DNA from: Mobula hypostoma
Lineage: Eukaryota
Direction: 5' to 3'
DNA: 64,000 bases
Assembly: GCF_963921235.1 (NCBI RefSeq)
Contig: NC_086117.1
Location: forward strand, 27,280,001 to 27,344,000
The first letter of the stretch is position 1. Each line of letters opens with the position of its first letter. Made by a program: the position numbers and the translations under genes. Below the pieces are notes generated by a model. That model was not told where the DNA came from. It made no database searches and worked only from the letters and a program-made list of their open reading frames with translations. Positions 25,279 through 36,721 of this stretch are shown here, in pieces.

Positions 25279-26034
25279 GTTAGTGGCACTGCCTGGGCAT
25301 GGGAACACAAGAGGTTATTCTAGGTGCCCAGTAACTAATTATCATAATTTAATTATTATAATTAAAATGTAATGAATACCTGAGGTCATAGGGCATATCC
25401 TTGGAGTGAACCACATATGGATTGTTTGACTACTCCCATAATCTATAATTTTATTTATTGGAATTTTATTGAATGGTGTCAGGAAGTCCACATAAGTGAT
25501 GGTCAGTGACATTTTCCTTCTACTAATTGAGTTACTTTTTTCCGGTAATTAAAGCAGTGGCTGTCAGAGTTGCTGTCAGACAGCGCCAGCAAACTGGGTT
25601 TAATTCTGATCTCCAGTGCTGGCTGAATTGAGATTTCATGTCCTCCCTGTGCTCACGGGGAATTCTTTCAAATGCCCCACTTTCCCTCCCCTATCCCAAG
25701 GATATGCTGCTCGGTAAGTTAATTGGTTGCCGTAAGTTGTTCCTAGGGTGTCTGGGAGAGTTGATGTGAGTGTTGGGAGAACAAGATGGGAGTTGTATAC
25801 GATGGTATAATTGGGTGCTTGGTGGTCAGTATGGACACGGAGGGCTGAAGAGCCTGATTCTGCATGATTCAACATGACCTGCAATTTCTGTAAACACTCT
25901 GATCAGCTCCAGATTCTCTGTATACTATGCCACACTGTTCTTTATAACATAGAATGTAGTAATTTTCCCACAACAAATGTTACATGTATATAATATTTAG
26001 CATCTTTTTGAACTATCTTGTTAAGGTTGTTATA

Positions 26035-26605
26035 GTTGCGGGTGGTAGTGGGGACAAGCTCCAACCACCTATTAAATGCTCCCAACGGCGTGCGTCTCAA
26101 ATACCCTCTGACAACCAAGTCCAGCTCTTGGCCTTCATGTGTGGCTTAGCTACTAAGCCTGCCGGAACCATTTCTGCTGACAGAAGGGGCAAAGGTGCGT
26201 TATTGGTGCCTTAAAACCAGTCGCTTCGGGCAGAAGGGGCTCATAAGCCGTGGTTAACAGCACATCTCGGAGAAGGAAAACGCTGATCTCAAACCTCTGC
26301 TACTTTAAGGCTATACCCACTCATGAGGAAGGCTTCGGGAGGAAACCCCGAGGGAAAAATCCGGAGCTGGAGCCCCTAAGGCAGTCCCACATTGAGTTCA
26401 GTGCTAACTGGAAACCCCTGCAACGCTGCCGGTACCAAACTGTATCGGTCTCTGCCATTCCTTTGGGTTCATCAGATGCGTGGAGAGGGGGAACCTGCTA
26501 CATAGGCAACAGCTCGCTCTCCATATTGTACTGGCCGGGCTTGCGTATCACGTAGGCAGCTAGGAAGCAGCATCCGTGGTCTGCCCTGACTGACGGAGGC
26601 CTCAC
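26035..26605 (+). mobile_element. About 570-bp interspersed repeat of unassigned family; second copy at about 43940-44505
   Basis: The two copies align (GGGGACAAGCTCC..GGCTTAGCTACTAAGCC..GGAGG(C/T)CTCA). Confidence 0.75.
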
Positions 26606-26910
26606 TGACCTGTGTTTAGCAGGGAAGGATATGATGAGAAGGCAGGTTAATGGAATGAGGGAGTAATGGGTAACTGGGGTTTGGTACATTGAAATAATAA
26701 ATAGGAAGATTTGAAGGGTGCATCACTGAGGACATTTTCAAAAGGCAGCATCCATCTTGAAGGGTCCTCACCATCCACACCATGCCCTCTTCTCATTACA
26801 GCCACCAGGAAGGACATATTGGAGCCTGTAGACACACACTCAACATTTTAGAGACTGCTTCTTCCCCTTTACTCTCAGATTTCTGAAGTATACATGAACA
26901 CCACCTCACT

Positions 26911-27600
26911 AGGAGGAGAAGATGGCGGCACAACGGTACCATGTGCGGCCTCTCCGGTGAATGATATCTGTAATCTGTCAAGTAGGGGAGCAGGCACAAT
27001 TCTGATTTGATGGAGACCGACGCGAGAGTGCGGAGGAACATCTGGAAAACTTCTGAAATGCCCGCTTCGCTGCCGCTGCTACTGTGTGGTAACCGGAATC
27101 TCCGGAGCAGAAGGCCCCGAATCCTCGGCTTTGCTTGTTCAGCGGCCGGGGCGAGATCGAAGGCGATCGGCAGAGGATGGCGCTCGGGAGGCTGTATCGG
27201 AGGGGCTGGTTGGAGGCTCGAAGTTTTCGGACGGATGGACTCAGTGTTGGCTGTGGTTGGCTGCTTCCAAGGCATTGGCAAGTTGACGGTGCCTAGAGGT
27301 TTATGGCAGGGAGTTTCTCCCTTTTGCTGCTGCTATCAGGGACTCTGGAATCGATCGACTTGGGGACTTTGAGACTTTTTTTACTGTGCCCATGGTTTGT
27401 TCTTCAAATTATGGTATTGCTTTGCACTGCTGTAACTATATGTTATAATTATGTGGTTCTGTCAGTGTTAATCTTTGGTCTGTCCTGTTTTCTGTGATAT
27501 CACTCTGGAGAAACATTGTATCACTTCTTAATGCATGTATGCATTTCTAAATGACAATAAAAGAGGACTGAGTGTTCTCATAATCTAATGTAATCTAATC
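26911..27600 (+). mobile_element. About 690-bp non-autonomous retroelement, copy 2, inserted in a Rex1 fragment (about 26720-27760)
   Basis: AAGATGGCGGC start, AATAAA and (TAATC)n tail; homologous to 14625-15310. Confidence 0.85.
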
Positions 27601-27970
27601 TATTCTACTTTGTTTCTTTTTCCACAATTTTTTGGAATATATTTCTCATTGTAACGAGGTGATATTTTTAATGTATTGCACTGTACTGCTGACTCAGGAC
27701 AACAAATTTCAGGACGTTCGGTATGTCGGTGATAACAACCCTGGTTCGGATTCTGATACACATAGCATGCAGACCGGTAGAATTGAGAAGGCGTGGTTGG
27801 GAAGAGGATGATCTGGGGAAGCTGGGGAAGGTGGCGGGAAGGTGGAGCTGCAGGGAAGGATTTGAGTGGCTGGGATTGAGGGGTGGCTGAGTTTGAGAGG
27901 GGAAGGATCATTTGATGGGAGATGGTGGGTGTTGGGATTGAGATAGCAGTTATTGTTCTTCTGTTTCCAG

Positions 27971-28250
27971 TGTTCGGTTTCCTGTGGACATGGTGTCCGA
28001 AGCAGGCAGTTGCTCTGTGTCAATCTGGACTCAAACGAGGTTGTGCTTGACGCCTTCTGTGACGAGCTGACGAGACCTGCTACCGAGGAGCCCTGCGAAG
28101 TGGGACTCTGCTCGACCCAGTCAACAGTCCAGACTGTAGCTCTGACACGGGCTCCCACGGGGACTGCCTCCGCCGGCCTTATAGCTACAGTGACACCACA
28201 GGAGTCCAGAACCAACACAACTGCACTGGCTAAAGGCTCAAGAAATGAAG
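27971..28250 (+). CDS. ADAMTS13: ADAMTS13 exon: TSP1-8 and Thr/Ser-rich linker
   Basis: ttccag|TGT..G|gtacag; CSVSCGHGVRSRQLLC..CEVGLC then STQSTVQT..; 280 nt, phase 0-1 fits the next exon. Confidence 0.88.
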
Positions 28251-28529
28251 GTACAGAGAGAAGAACTACATATTACCAGCACTTGGCTAATCCAGAGACC
28301 AGCACTGAGTACTTAAAGCTTGGGATGGTAATCAAATAAGACTTCCTTTACATTGCTGTCCTGGGAAGATTCATACAAGCCAGGTTACTGAGTCCCAAAG
28401 ATTATTTGTTAATATAGTGCAAATACAGTAAGGCGAGAATGTAAACATAGAAATTGGTGATTCAATTAGTTACCACTGGGAACTTAATTCAGGATAGTTA
28501 AGTACTCTGATCAGAGTGCCAAGACAAAC

Positions 28530-29230
28530 TGAAAAAGTTCAAAAGTTCAAAGTAAATTTTATTATCAAAGTAAGTATATGTCACCATATACAATCCTGAG
28601 ATTCAATTTCTGCAGGCAAATTCAGCAAATCTGTAGAATAGTAACTATACCAGGATCAATGAAAGATCAACTAGAGTGCAGGAGACAGCAAATTGTGCAA
28701 ATGTAAATATAAGTAAATAGCAATAAATAACGAGAAATGACAAGATAAAGAGAAGTTAAAGAGAGATCATTGGTTGTGGGGACATGACAATAGATGGTAA
28801 AGTGGGTGTAGTTATCGCTTTTGTTCAAGAGCCTGACAGTTGAGGGGCAGTGACTGTTCTTGAACGTGGTGGTGCGAGTCCTGAGGCTCCTGTGCCTTCT
28901 ACCTGATGGCAGCGGTGAGAAGGGAGCATCTCCTGGGTGGTGAGGATCTCTGATGATGGACACTATTTTTCTACGGCAATGTTTCATGTAGATACGCTGA
29001 ATGGTTGGGAGGGCTTTACCTGTGATGTGGTGGGCTCAATCCACTGCCTTATGTAGAATCTTCCATTCAAAGGCATTGGTGTTTCCATACCAGGCCGTGA
29101 CGCAGACAATCAATAGATTCTCCACTCCACTATAGATGTCATGCCAAATCTCTGCAAACTCCCAAGGAAGTAGAGTCGCTGTTGGGCTTTCTTTGCAATT
29201 GCACTTATGTGCTGGGTCTAGGATAGATCC
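28530..29230 (-). mobile_element. Rex1/Babar LINE 3' fragment
   Basis: IIRDPHHPGDAPFSPLPSGRRHRSLRTRTTTFKNS on the minus strand. Confidence 0.8.
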
Positions 29231-29387
29231 TCTGAAACAGTCAGTGTTGGGCTCCTTCAGAGACCAGAAACATCCATCACAACAAAATGGGATTGATTTG
29301 AAGGCTGGATTGGCTGTTGGCTACCACACTTCCCTACCCAGACCACGAGATGTGCACTTACACCGACTGTGTGCTGTTTTGTTCCAG

Positions 29388-29534
29388 GTGTCTGTGGGAA
29401 ACTGGTTCTGAGCAAATCAGGCATGTTGAACCTGACCAACCTGCAGGTGAAGGAATGCACGTTTAGCATTGGACGTCCACTGGATGAGGTCATCACGATT
29501 CGTGTTCTGTCCAGCTCACTGAGCTGCAGCAGGC
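29388..29534 (+). CDS. ADAMTS13: ADAMTS13 exon: CUB1 first half
   Basis: ttccag|GT..C|gtaaga; VCGKLVLSKSG..CTFSIGRPLDEVI; 147 nt. Confidence 0.95.
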
Positions 29535-29744
29535 GTAAGAGACCAGTGTCGCTGTCCGTAGTGCTGAAATGTAGCTTCTGAAGGTTGCTGATTAAATGGG
29601 CGGCATGTTGGGGTTGACAGATGAGGGGTGCAGCAATGTCAGGGATAGGGGAACAATTGCCACGGAAACTACACAAATTGAAATTTTGACTCAATTTTAA
29701 ATGCAGAGATGTGGATCTTTCAGATGTCTTTACTCTTCCACCAG

Positions 29745-29921
29745 GGGACGCGCTGTCATTTTGTGGGCGACGACTGTTCTGGAAGACCTGCTCCCCACTG
29801 AAAGGGTTTACACTCACATCTGTCACCAACACGCTGACAGTCAGGCAGTGGAGCAGCACTAAGGGTCTTGGAGCTGTCCTCCAGTTCTCCAGCAGCCTCT
29901 CATCGCGACAGTACCACAGAG
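29745..29921 (+). CDS. ADAMTS13: ADAMTS13 exon: CUB1 second half
   Basis: caccag|GG..G|gtatgt; ..FWKTC..TSVTNTLTVRQ..QYHR; 177 nt. Confidence 0.94.
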
Positions 29922-31477
29922 GTATGTCTCTGGTTGCGTGTCCGGCCCAAGGAACAGCCTGGGACAACGGGCTTGAATACAACTCCAAAGTGGAAGCCAA
30001 ACTGGAGCTTAACATCACCAGTGCAATTTGAGGGAGAACTGTTCTACTGTAGCTGCTGCTTTCAGAGAAGATGTTAAGCCTATGCTCTCTCAGAGTAACT
30101 TAGACATTCACAATGTATTATTGTTAGAGGCCCTGCGTACAACTTGGTGGCCTGACCAACATCAGTGAAACATCAGGTGGTCATGAGGCGAGGTGGGCTT
30201 GTTCACTTTAGAGCAAAACAAAAGTTAATTAACACAGGTCTACAAAGTTAAGAAGCATTTTGATAAAGTTGTTAAGGAGAAACTACTTCTATTGGTGGAA
30301 GAGCACCATGGTAGCAGAGCGGTTAGTGTGGCACTCTTACAGCTTGGGGCAACAGAGGTCAGAGTTCAATTCCAGTGTTGTCTCTAAGGAGTTTGCACTT
30401 TCTCCTCATGAACCGTGTGGGTTTCCTCCAAGTGCTCTGGTTTCTTCCCATAGTCCAACGACATACTGGTTAGTAGTTTATAACTAACTGGTAGGTCAGT
30501 TGGTAATTGTAAATTGGCCCGTGATTTGACCTGTGTTAAGTAGGAGGTGCAGCTCGTTATACCAGAGGGGTCTGTTTTGTGCTGTATCTCTAAATTAAAA
30601 AAAAAGGGTCAGCAATTAAAAAGGAGTAAAAGATAGGAAAATATGAAGAAAATAATGTTTATGTAGCAAGTTGTTATCTGGAATCAAGGGCGATGGTAGC
30701 AGGTTGAAAGGAAGCATTTAACAGAGACTTGGAGAACGAGGAATGATTCGCAGGGCTCTGGAGAAGGAACGGGTCTATGGGACTAATCTGATGGCTGTAC
30801 CATTTAGTAAAGATATGATGGACCAGCCCATCTGCTTTGCAATGATTCTGAGAAAGGCAACACTACAAAAGAATTAAAAGGCAACATAGGAGATTGTGAT
30901 ATTCCAGATACACCAACAAATATCATGGTATTCCAAGTTGTTTAATTTATTGCTGAAAGTCGTGTGGACAAATATGGGGGCAAATTTTACCACTCTGGCT
31001 ATGATCAGACACATCAAGGCAGAAGGTCAAGGCATATGAAATATAAATTAGCACTAGGGATAGGCCACTCAGTCCCTCAAGCCTGCTTCAACATTGTGGC
31101 TGATCTGACTGTAACCTCATCTCATGCTTAATCCTTCAACCTTTCAAATGCTTGTAATCAACATTCTGTTTACCTTTACCTTAAAATATTCAAGGATTAT
31201 GCTTCCACAGTTACTTGAGGAAGGAAGTTCCAAAGACTCCTGACACCCAGAAAGCAAATCTCCTCACCTCCGTCTTAATTAGGTGACCCCTAGTCTCTAG
31301 GTTCTCCCACAAATGGAAACATCTTCTCTGAACCCACCCCTGTCAAGAGCACTCGGGAAGTTATATCTTCCAAAGGGACTTCCCTGAGGGGACAAAATGT
31401 GTATCTGGGTAAGGAGCTGAGACAGGCAGGGAGTTTACTAATAAACTGCCTCTAAGGGCCAATGGAAGCTAGAGACT

Positions 31478-31955
31478 AACACACAAAACGCCAAGGAATA
31501 CATCAGGCCAGGCATCATCCACGGAGAGAAATGGACAGCTGACGTTTCAGGCAGAGACCCTTCATCGGTACTGGGCAGAGAAGGCACAAGGGTGGTGCTG
31601 GGGTGGATTATGAGCTGGCAGGTGACAGGTGAATCCAGGTGGGGGGGGGGAAGAAAGATAGGGGGAGTGGAAATGATGTGAGATACTGGGAGATGATAGG
31701 TAGAAGAGGCAAAGGACTAAACAAAATGTAATATGATAGGAGAGAACAGTAGACATTGGAATGAAAGGAAGGAGACAGGGAACACAAGGGAGAAGGTGTG
31801 AGTGATTAACAGGCTGAGTGTAGGGGGGGGAGGGGGGAAGAGGCCAGGAGAATAGGGAAAACAAAAGGGGACAGAAAGGTGTGGTTACCTGAAGTTAAAG
31901 AAATTGATGTTGATGTCATTAGGTTGGGGACTACCAAGACAGAACATGAGGTGTG
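31478..31955 (-). mobile_element. Older Penelope-like 3' fragment
   Basis: Homologous to 10553-11060, including a decayed hammerhead region and the GIY-YIG end. Confidence 0.72.
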
Positions 31956-33180
31956 TATAATAAATGTATATTAATATGTATATAATGGAGATCAGTGTGA
32001 GCAAGTGTGAAGTGGTCAACTAATGGCCAGCGAGAGGGATCAGAGTATTTTATAAATAATGGAAAAACTTGAATGGGAGCAGATTAATTAGATTTCAGAA
32101 GACCAAGAAGAAGAATAATTAAAATCTCAAGAATAGGCCATTTGGAATGTTGGCTTCACCTTCAGAGGGAAGGCAAGAACATAAAACTGGAAGTGATGCC
32201 CCCATTGTACAGAATTCATAGTGTCATAGATACAGCACAGAAACCAAGTCTGCGCCAACTGTCATCCACCCATTCACACTCCTCCTACAATAATCACTGC
32301 ATTTTATTTCCCCATTCACATTGTTTCTCCCCAGGTTCCACCAGTCACTTGCACACTAGCAGCAGTGCCCAGTGCCCAGTAAACCTGCCAACCTGTGCAT
32401 CTCCAAGATGCTGAGTCCTGTTGAGAACCCACTTGGAATGAAGAAAGCTTGGAGTTGATCAGATTATGGTATTTCAGATGATAAAGGAATTTAATGCAGT
32501 AGACAGAACCTTTGTCCCTCGGTGTGAGAAGAGCATCATCATTATGTGCCATGTTGTCTGATGTGAGTGATCATGGTCTATGACCATGATTGTTCTTCAC
32601 AAATTTTACAGGGGTGGCTTGCCATTGTCTTCTTCTGGCCAGTGTCTTTACAAGACGGGTAACCCCAGCCATTATCAATACTCTTCAGAGATGGTCTGCC
32701 TGGCGTCAGTGGTCGCTGAACCAGGACTTCTGGGATGAACTAGCTGCTCATACAACCATCCAGCAGCTGCTTGCAAGGCTTCTCGTGACCCCAACTAGGG
32801 GGCTTAGCAGGTGCTACACCTTGCCCGAGGGTGACCTATAGGCTAGCAGAGTGAAGGAGTGCCTTACACCTCCTTTGGTAGAGACGTATCTCCACCCCAC
32901 CTCCCAGTGAGAAGAGGCAGTATCTTAAATTAGACCCAGGCCACTCATAGGTGAAATCATAAAACAGCCAGGAACTCCACATGAAACATTATGAGAACAA
33001 TAGATATTTGGTCACTATGGTTATGAAGAGGTATAGGCCAAAGAGGAATAAGATTGAGATACATATTAATATGTGTAACCACTCGAGGTATCATTGCTTC
33101 ACTATATAACGTGTCTGTGCAGATACATGGGACGTCAGCATTAACCCAAATTCACGCCAGCGATGGTTTCCATTTTGCAG

Positions 33181-33359
33181 AATGTGACGTCCAGCTGTAC
33201 GGACCCTGGGGTATTATAGTCAACCCCATGCAGTCCTACAAGGAGGGTCAAGCCTGTCGTACCTTTATCAACGTATCTCCAATAGATCGAATCATAATCA
33301 GAGTCCTGCACCTGAAATTTGACAATAGTGTGAACACAACCTCCCCTGATTACATTCTG
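33181..33359 (+). CDS. ADAMTS13: ADAMTS13 exon: CUB2 first half
   Basis: ttgcag|AA..CTG|gtgagt; ECDVQLYGPWGIIVNP..CRTFINVSP..DYIL; 179 nt. Confidence 0.96.
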
Positions 33360-33612
33360 GTGAGTTGCTCTCAGTATTATACACTATGTACTCTGCTGGC
33401 CCTTCTGTGAACTCCCATTGGGGTATGGTTTCACAAGAACAGACATTCTCTGGGTACAGGTTCCATGGGCACTGACTAACATAAGGAATGAACTGAATGG
33501 AGTGTGACTTACTGAATTTGAACAAAATACAGGTTGAGAACCCCTTATCCAAAAATCCAAAAACTGAAACCCTCTGAAATCCCAGAAAAATTTTTGTGCA
33601 CTGACGTGGTGT

Positions 33613-34152
33613 AAAGATATGGAAGGTGCTGGCGTGGAGGGCTATGAACGACATGAAGGAAATCTGGAAGTCGAACCTAACCAGAGGGCTTAAAAAGAGG
33701 ATTTTCATAGCAGTCATAGAGTCCATTCTCACGTACGGATGCGAGACGTGGACACTCACCAAGACTGTGCGGAAGTCTCTAGATGGTTGCTATACACGAA
33801 TGCTCCAGATGGCTCTTGACGTGAGTTGGCAACAGCACATGACGAACGTCGAGCTCTATGACGACCCACCGATGCTCACCACTGAAATTGAGGCGAGAAG
33901 ACTGCAACTAGCGGGGCACTGTCTACACCACCCTGAGCTACCTGCCAGCCTAGTCATCATATGGGAACCCAAGCATGGGAGAATGAACCCTGGGTGCCCT
34001 CCCAAGACTATGGTCAACATGCTCCGAGAAGACAGCGGCACAGCTAATGTAGATGAACTGCACACACTGATGAGGGAGAGGGAGAAGTGGAGAGTCCGTC
34101 ATCGTGCCCGACGCCAGCCCCCTAGTCCTGAGTCGACGTAGTAGTAGTAGAC
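33613..34152 (+). mobile_element. RTE-clade LINE 3' fragment nested in the Tigger element
   Basis: IESILTYGCETWTLTK..RRLQLAGHC; (TAG)n tail; TSD GAC(G/A)TGGTGT at 33603-33612 and 34153-34162. Confidence 0.9.
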
Positions 34153-34480
34153 GACATGGTGTCACAAATGGAAAATTCCACAAGGCTCTGTGAAGGTTCC
34201 CAGGTCTCTGCGTACCACAGAGCTCATGACCTCCCAGATGTGATGACCAGAAGTTAATTAAAAATTAGAAATACACTGCATAAAGCAAAAATTGAAGAAC
34301 TCGATTGAGTATTGAAAGAGTGGATTCGTCAGTGTCAGAGGAACATATGACGCTTAACAGTATGCTGATCATGAAACAAGCAGAGATCTATTATGATGAA
34401 CTGAAAATTGAAGGTTATTGTGAATATTCAGCAGGCTGGTTGCAGAAATTTAAGAAAAGGCACAGCATGAATTTTTTTAA

Positions 34481-34678
34481 ACACAAAATACTCTGCAGGT
34501 GCTGGGGTCAAAGCAACACTCACAACACGTTGGAGGAACTCAGCAGGTCGGGCAGCATCCGTGGAAAAGACTGGTCGACGTTTCGGGCCGGAACCCCTGT
34601 CCTGACGAAGGGTTCTGGCCTGAAACATCGACCAGTCTTTTCCATGGATGCTGCCCGACCTGCTGAGTTCCTCCAGCA
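34481..34678. mobile_element. Penelope pLTR-derived hairpin nested in the Tigger transposase remnant; hammerhead motif at 34599-34633
   Basis: Inverted arms; GTC-CTGACGA-AGGG..CCT-GAAACATC-GAC; duplicated flank CAGCATGAA(T/A)TTTTT. Confidence 0.83.
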
Positions 34679-35008
34679 TGAAATTTTTAAAAAATTGTGG
34701 TGATAAAGTGTCTGCTGATTACAAAGCTGCAGAAAAATTTGGTGAGTTTGCCAAGTTCCTCTTCAGGGTATATGTAAAAGCTGTATATGCAATATAAATA
34801 GATTTTGTGTTTAGACTTGGGTCCCATCCCCAAGGTATTTCATTAAATAGATGCAAATAATCCAAGATCTGAAAAAGTCTGAAATCCAAAATACTCTGGT
34901 CCCAAATACTCCAGATAAGGGATACTCAGCCTGTGTGTACTGTGACCTGAAGTGTCTCCATCATTTTTAGTATGCTGTCTTTAACAGTTAAGCTTTTAAT
35001 GTTTTCAG

Positions 35009-35185
35009 ATCAAGGATGTCAGCACCCAGAGATATTCTGCATTTCGTGGTAATAGACTGTTCCTTTGGCAGTCACTGGGAAACTCTGTCGAAATTGAATT
35101 TCATGGAGATTTTGGATTCCGGGCCTTGTTCAGAGCTGTACCATCCCAAAATGTGAGGGGTGTCCACCGTCTGAACTGTGGGTAA
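35009..35185 (+). CDS. ADAMTS13: ADAMTS13 last coding exon: CUB2 end and stop (not in ORF track)
   Basis: tttcag|ATC; IKDVSTQRYSAFRGNRLFLWQSLGNSVEIEFHGDF..LNCG* vs human [30 protein letters not shown]; TAA at 35183-35185. Confidence 0.93.
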   Translation: MKDVSTQRYSAFRGNRLFLWQSLGNSVEIEFHGDFGFRALFRAVPSQNVRGVHRLNCG

Positions 35186-35526
35186 TGGAAACCATAGCAG
35201 ATTCCACCCCTCTGGAGTGTCCGATTATCCGTTTCTGTTCGCATCCAAGCAGCAGCTGATTACATCTTCCCCTAGTTGTGATTGTGAGGACTTGGCATTC
35301 TCTGAAGAACAAGTGGACTGCCTCTTTCCCAAGTTCCCACCACTGGAAACCAACCTTCCTTTGACCTCCTTCTGTAACTTCTGGTTTAAGAATCGGTCAC
35401 TTGGAGCTACTGATGTGAAGATGGTCGAACAAGTGTTACATTACAACTAAACTGTGATCCATGGATTTCTGTTGTATTTGTGTTGTCAACAGTTGAGGAT
35501 TAGACGATTTCCACAATTTATGGTTC

Positions 35527-35562
35527 ATTAAATTCAACATGATCAAACCAGCAATTAATAAA
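35527..35562 (+). terminator. Candidate ADAMTS13 poly(A) signals
   Basis: ATTAAA at 35527-35532 and AATAAA at 35557-35562, about 350 nt after the stop. Confidence 0.6.
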
Positions 35563-35625
35563 TTGGCTTGAGTCCCCATGGTGATCTGCAACACAAAAAC
35601 TCAGGGGCCTTATGTGTTACATAAT

Positions 35626-35928
35626 AGGCATCTGTTAGTCTCATGAGACCATGGATTTGCGCCTTGGAAGGTTTCCAGGGCGTTGGCCTGGGCAAGGTTG
35701 TATGGAAGACCAGCAGTTGCCCATGCTGCAAGTCTCCCTTCTCCATGCCACCGATGTTGTCCAAGGGAAGGGTATTAGGATCCATAGAGCTTGGCACCAG
35801 TGTCGTCGCAGAGCAATGTGTGATTAAGTGCCTTGCTCAAGGACACAACACGCTGCCTCAGCCAAGGCTCGAACTAGCAACTTTCAAATCACTAGATGAA
35901 TGCCTTAACCACTTGGCCACGCGCCAAC
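35626..35928 (-). mobile_element. tRNA-derived SINE, same family as 43507-43824
   Basis: Reverse complement aligns to the 43507 copy; A and B boxes present. Confidence 0.85.
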
Positions 35929-36721
35929 ACATATGCTTATTGTACATTGTAGAGTGGTAAGATCTGAGGAAGGTTCTGAATCCCATAGCTCCAAAGCTTT
36001 AGGAGACAACATTGACCTGAAGATTAAAGACGAAGATCTAACTGTGGTACTTCAAACGGGGGGTGGGGGGGGGGTGGATGTGGGGAGGGGGAGTAGAAGG
36101 GTGTGGTGGAGGAGGAAGGGAGATAATTTCTGCTGAAGGGGATATTTTAGGATGGGGGTGTTAACCTTGAATTTCAGGTGAGGTTATTTAGGGATGGTAT
36201 CAGGAAGCTTTCATCACACTGGTGGGAATCTGGTGCACCAAAAACCTTGGAGGCTGGAGACAAACTCCTGAGACTGAGAGGCATTTTTGGGTGGTTTAAT
36301 ATTTGGGAAAGGCTAGTGCATCCAGTTTAATTGACTGAGATGGCTTTTTGGGTTAAAAAAAATTGCAGGACGTGGGTCCAACATTTATTGGTGATCCCTA
36401 AATGCTCTTGAAACTAAGTGGCTTGTTTGTGATTACATGTCTTCTGAAAAAGAATGCAGAAACTCCAGCATGAATCTGTAATGAGCAAGGTTCATTTCCA
36501 TGTAAAACTTAACAGGCTGTTTCTCCACTTGATTTAATTCTGCCTGTATTATAGAGAAATCATGTGAAAATATCAGATTTAAATGTACTGAGGTGTTGTT
36601 AACTCCCATCATCTGTGAGCCCAGAATCTATGGTGTCTTCATTTTGAACGCCGACTTGCTTACATCTTTAGTTATGAAAAAACAGGAGCCAGAAACAGAG
36701 TAGGCTGCTAGATCACACGTA

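Larger units (their letters stand above)
33530..34933 (+). mobile_element. Tigger4/Zombi-like pogo DNA transposon (internally deleted) carrying two nested retroelements
   Basis: TA|CAGGTTGAGAACCCCTTATCC ... AGATAAGGGATACTCAGCCTG TIRs; CENP-B/Jerky-type ELKIEGYCEYSAGWLQKFKKRH..KFLKNCGDKVSAD transposase remnant. Confidence 0.87.

Noticed and set aside
28251-28339. Longer T8-linker exon using the GTAATC donor near 28328
   Set aside because: It would be phase 0, incompatible with the phase-1 CUB1 exon.
29257-30018. 253-aa minus-strand ORF
   Set aside because: Antisense shadow of the two CUB1 exons; no recognisable domain.
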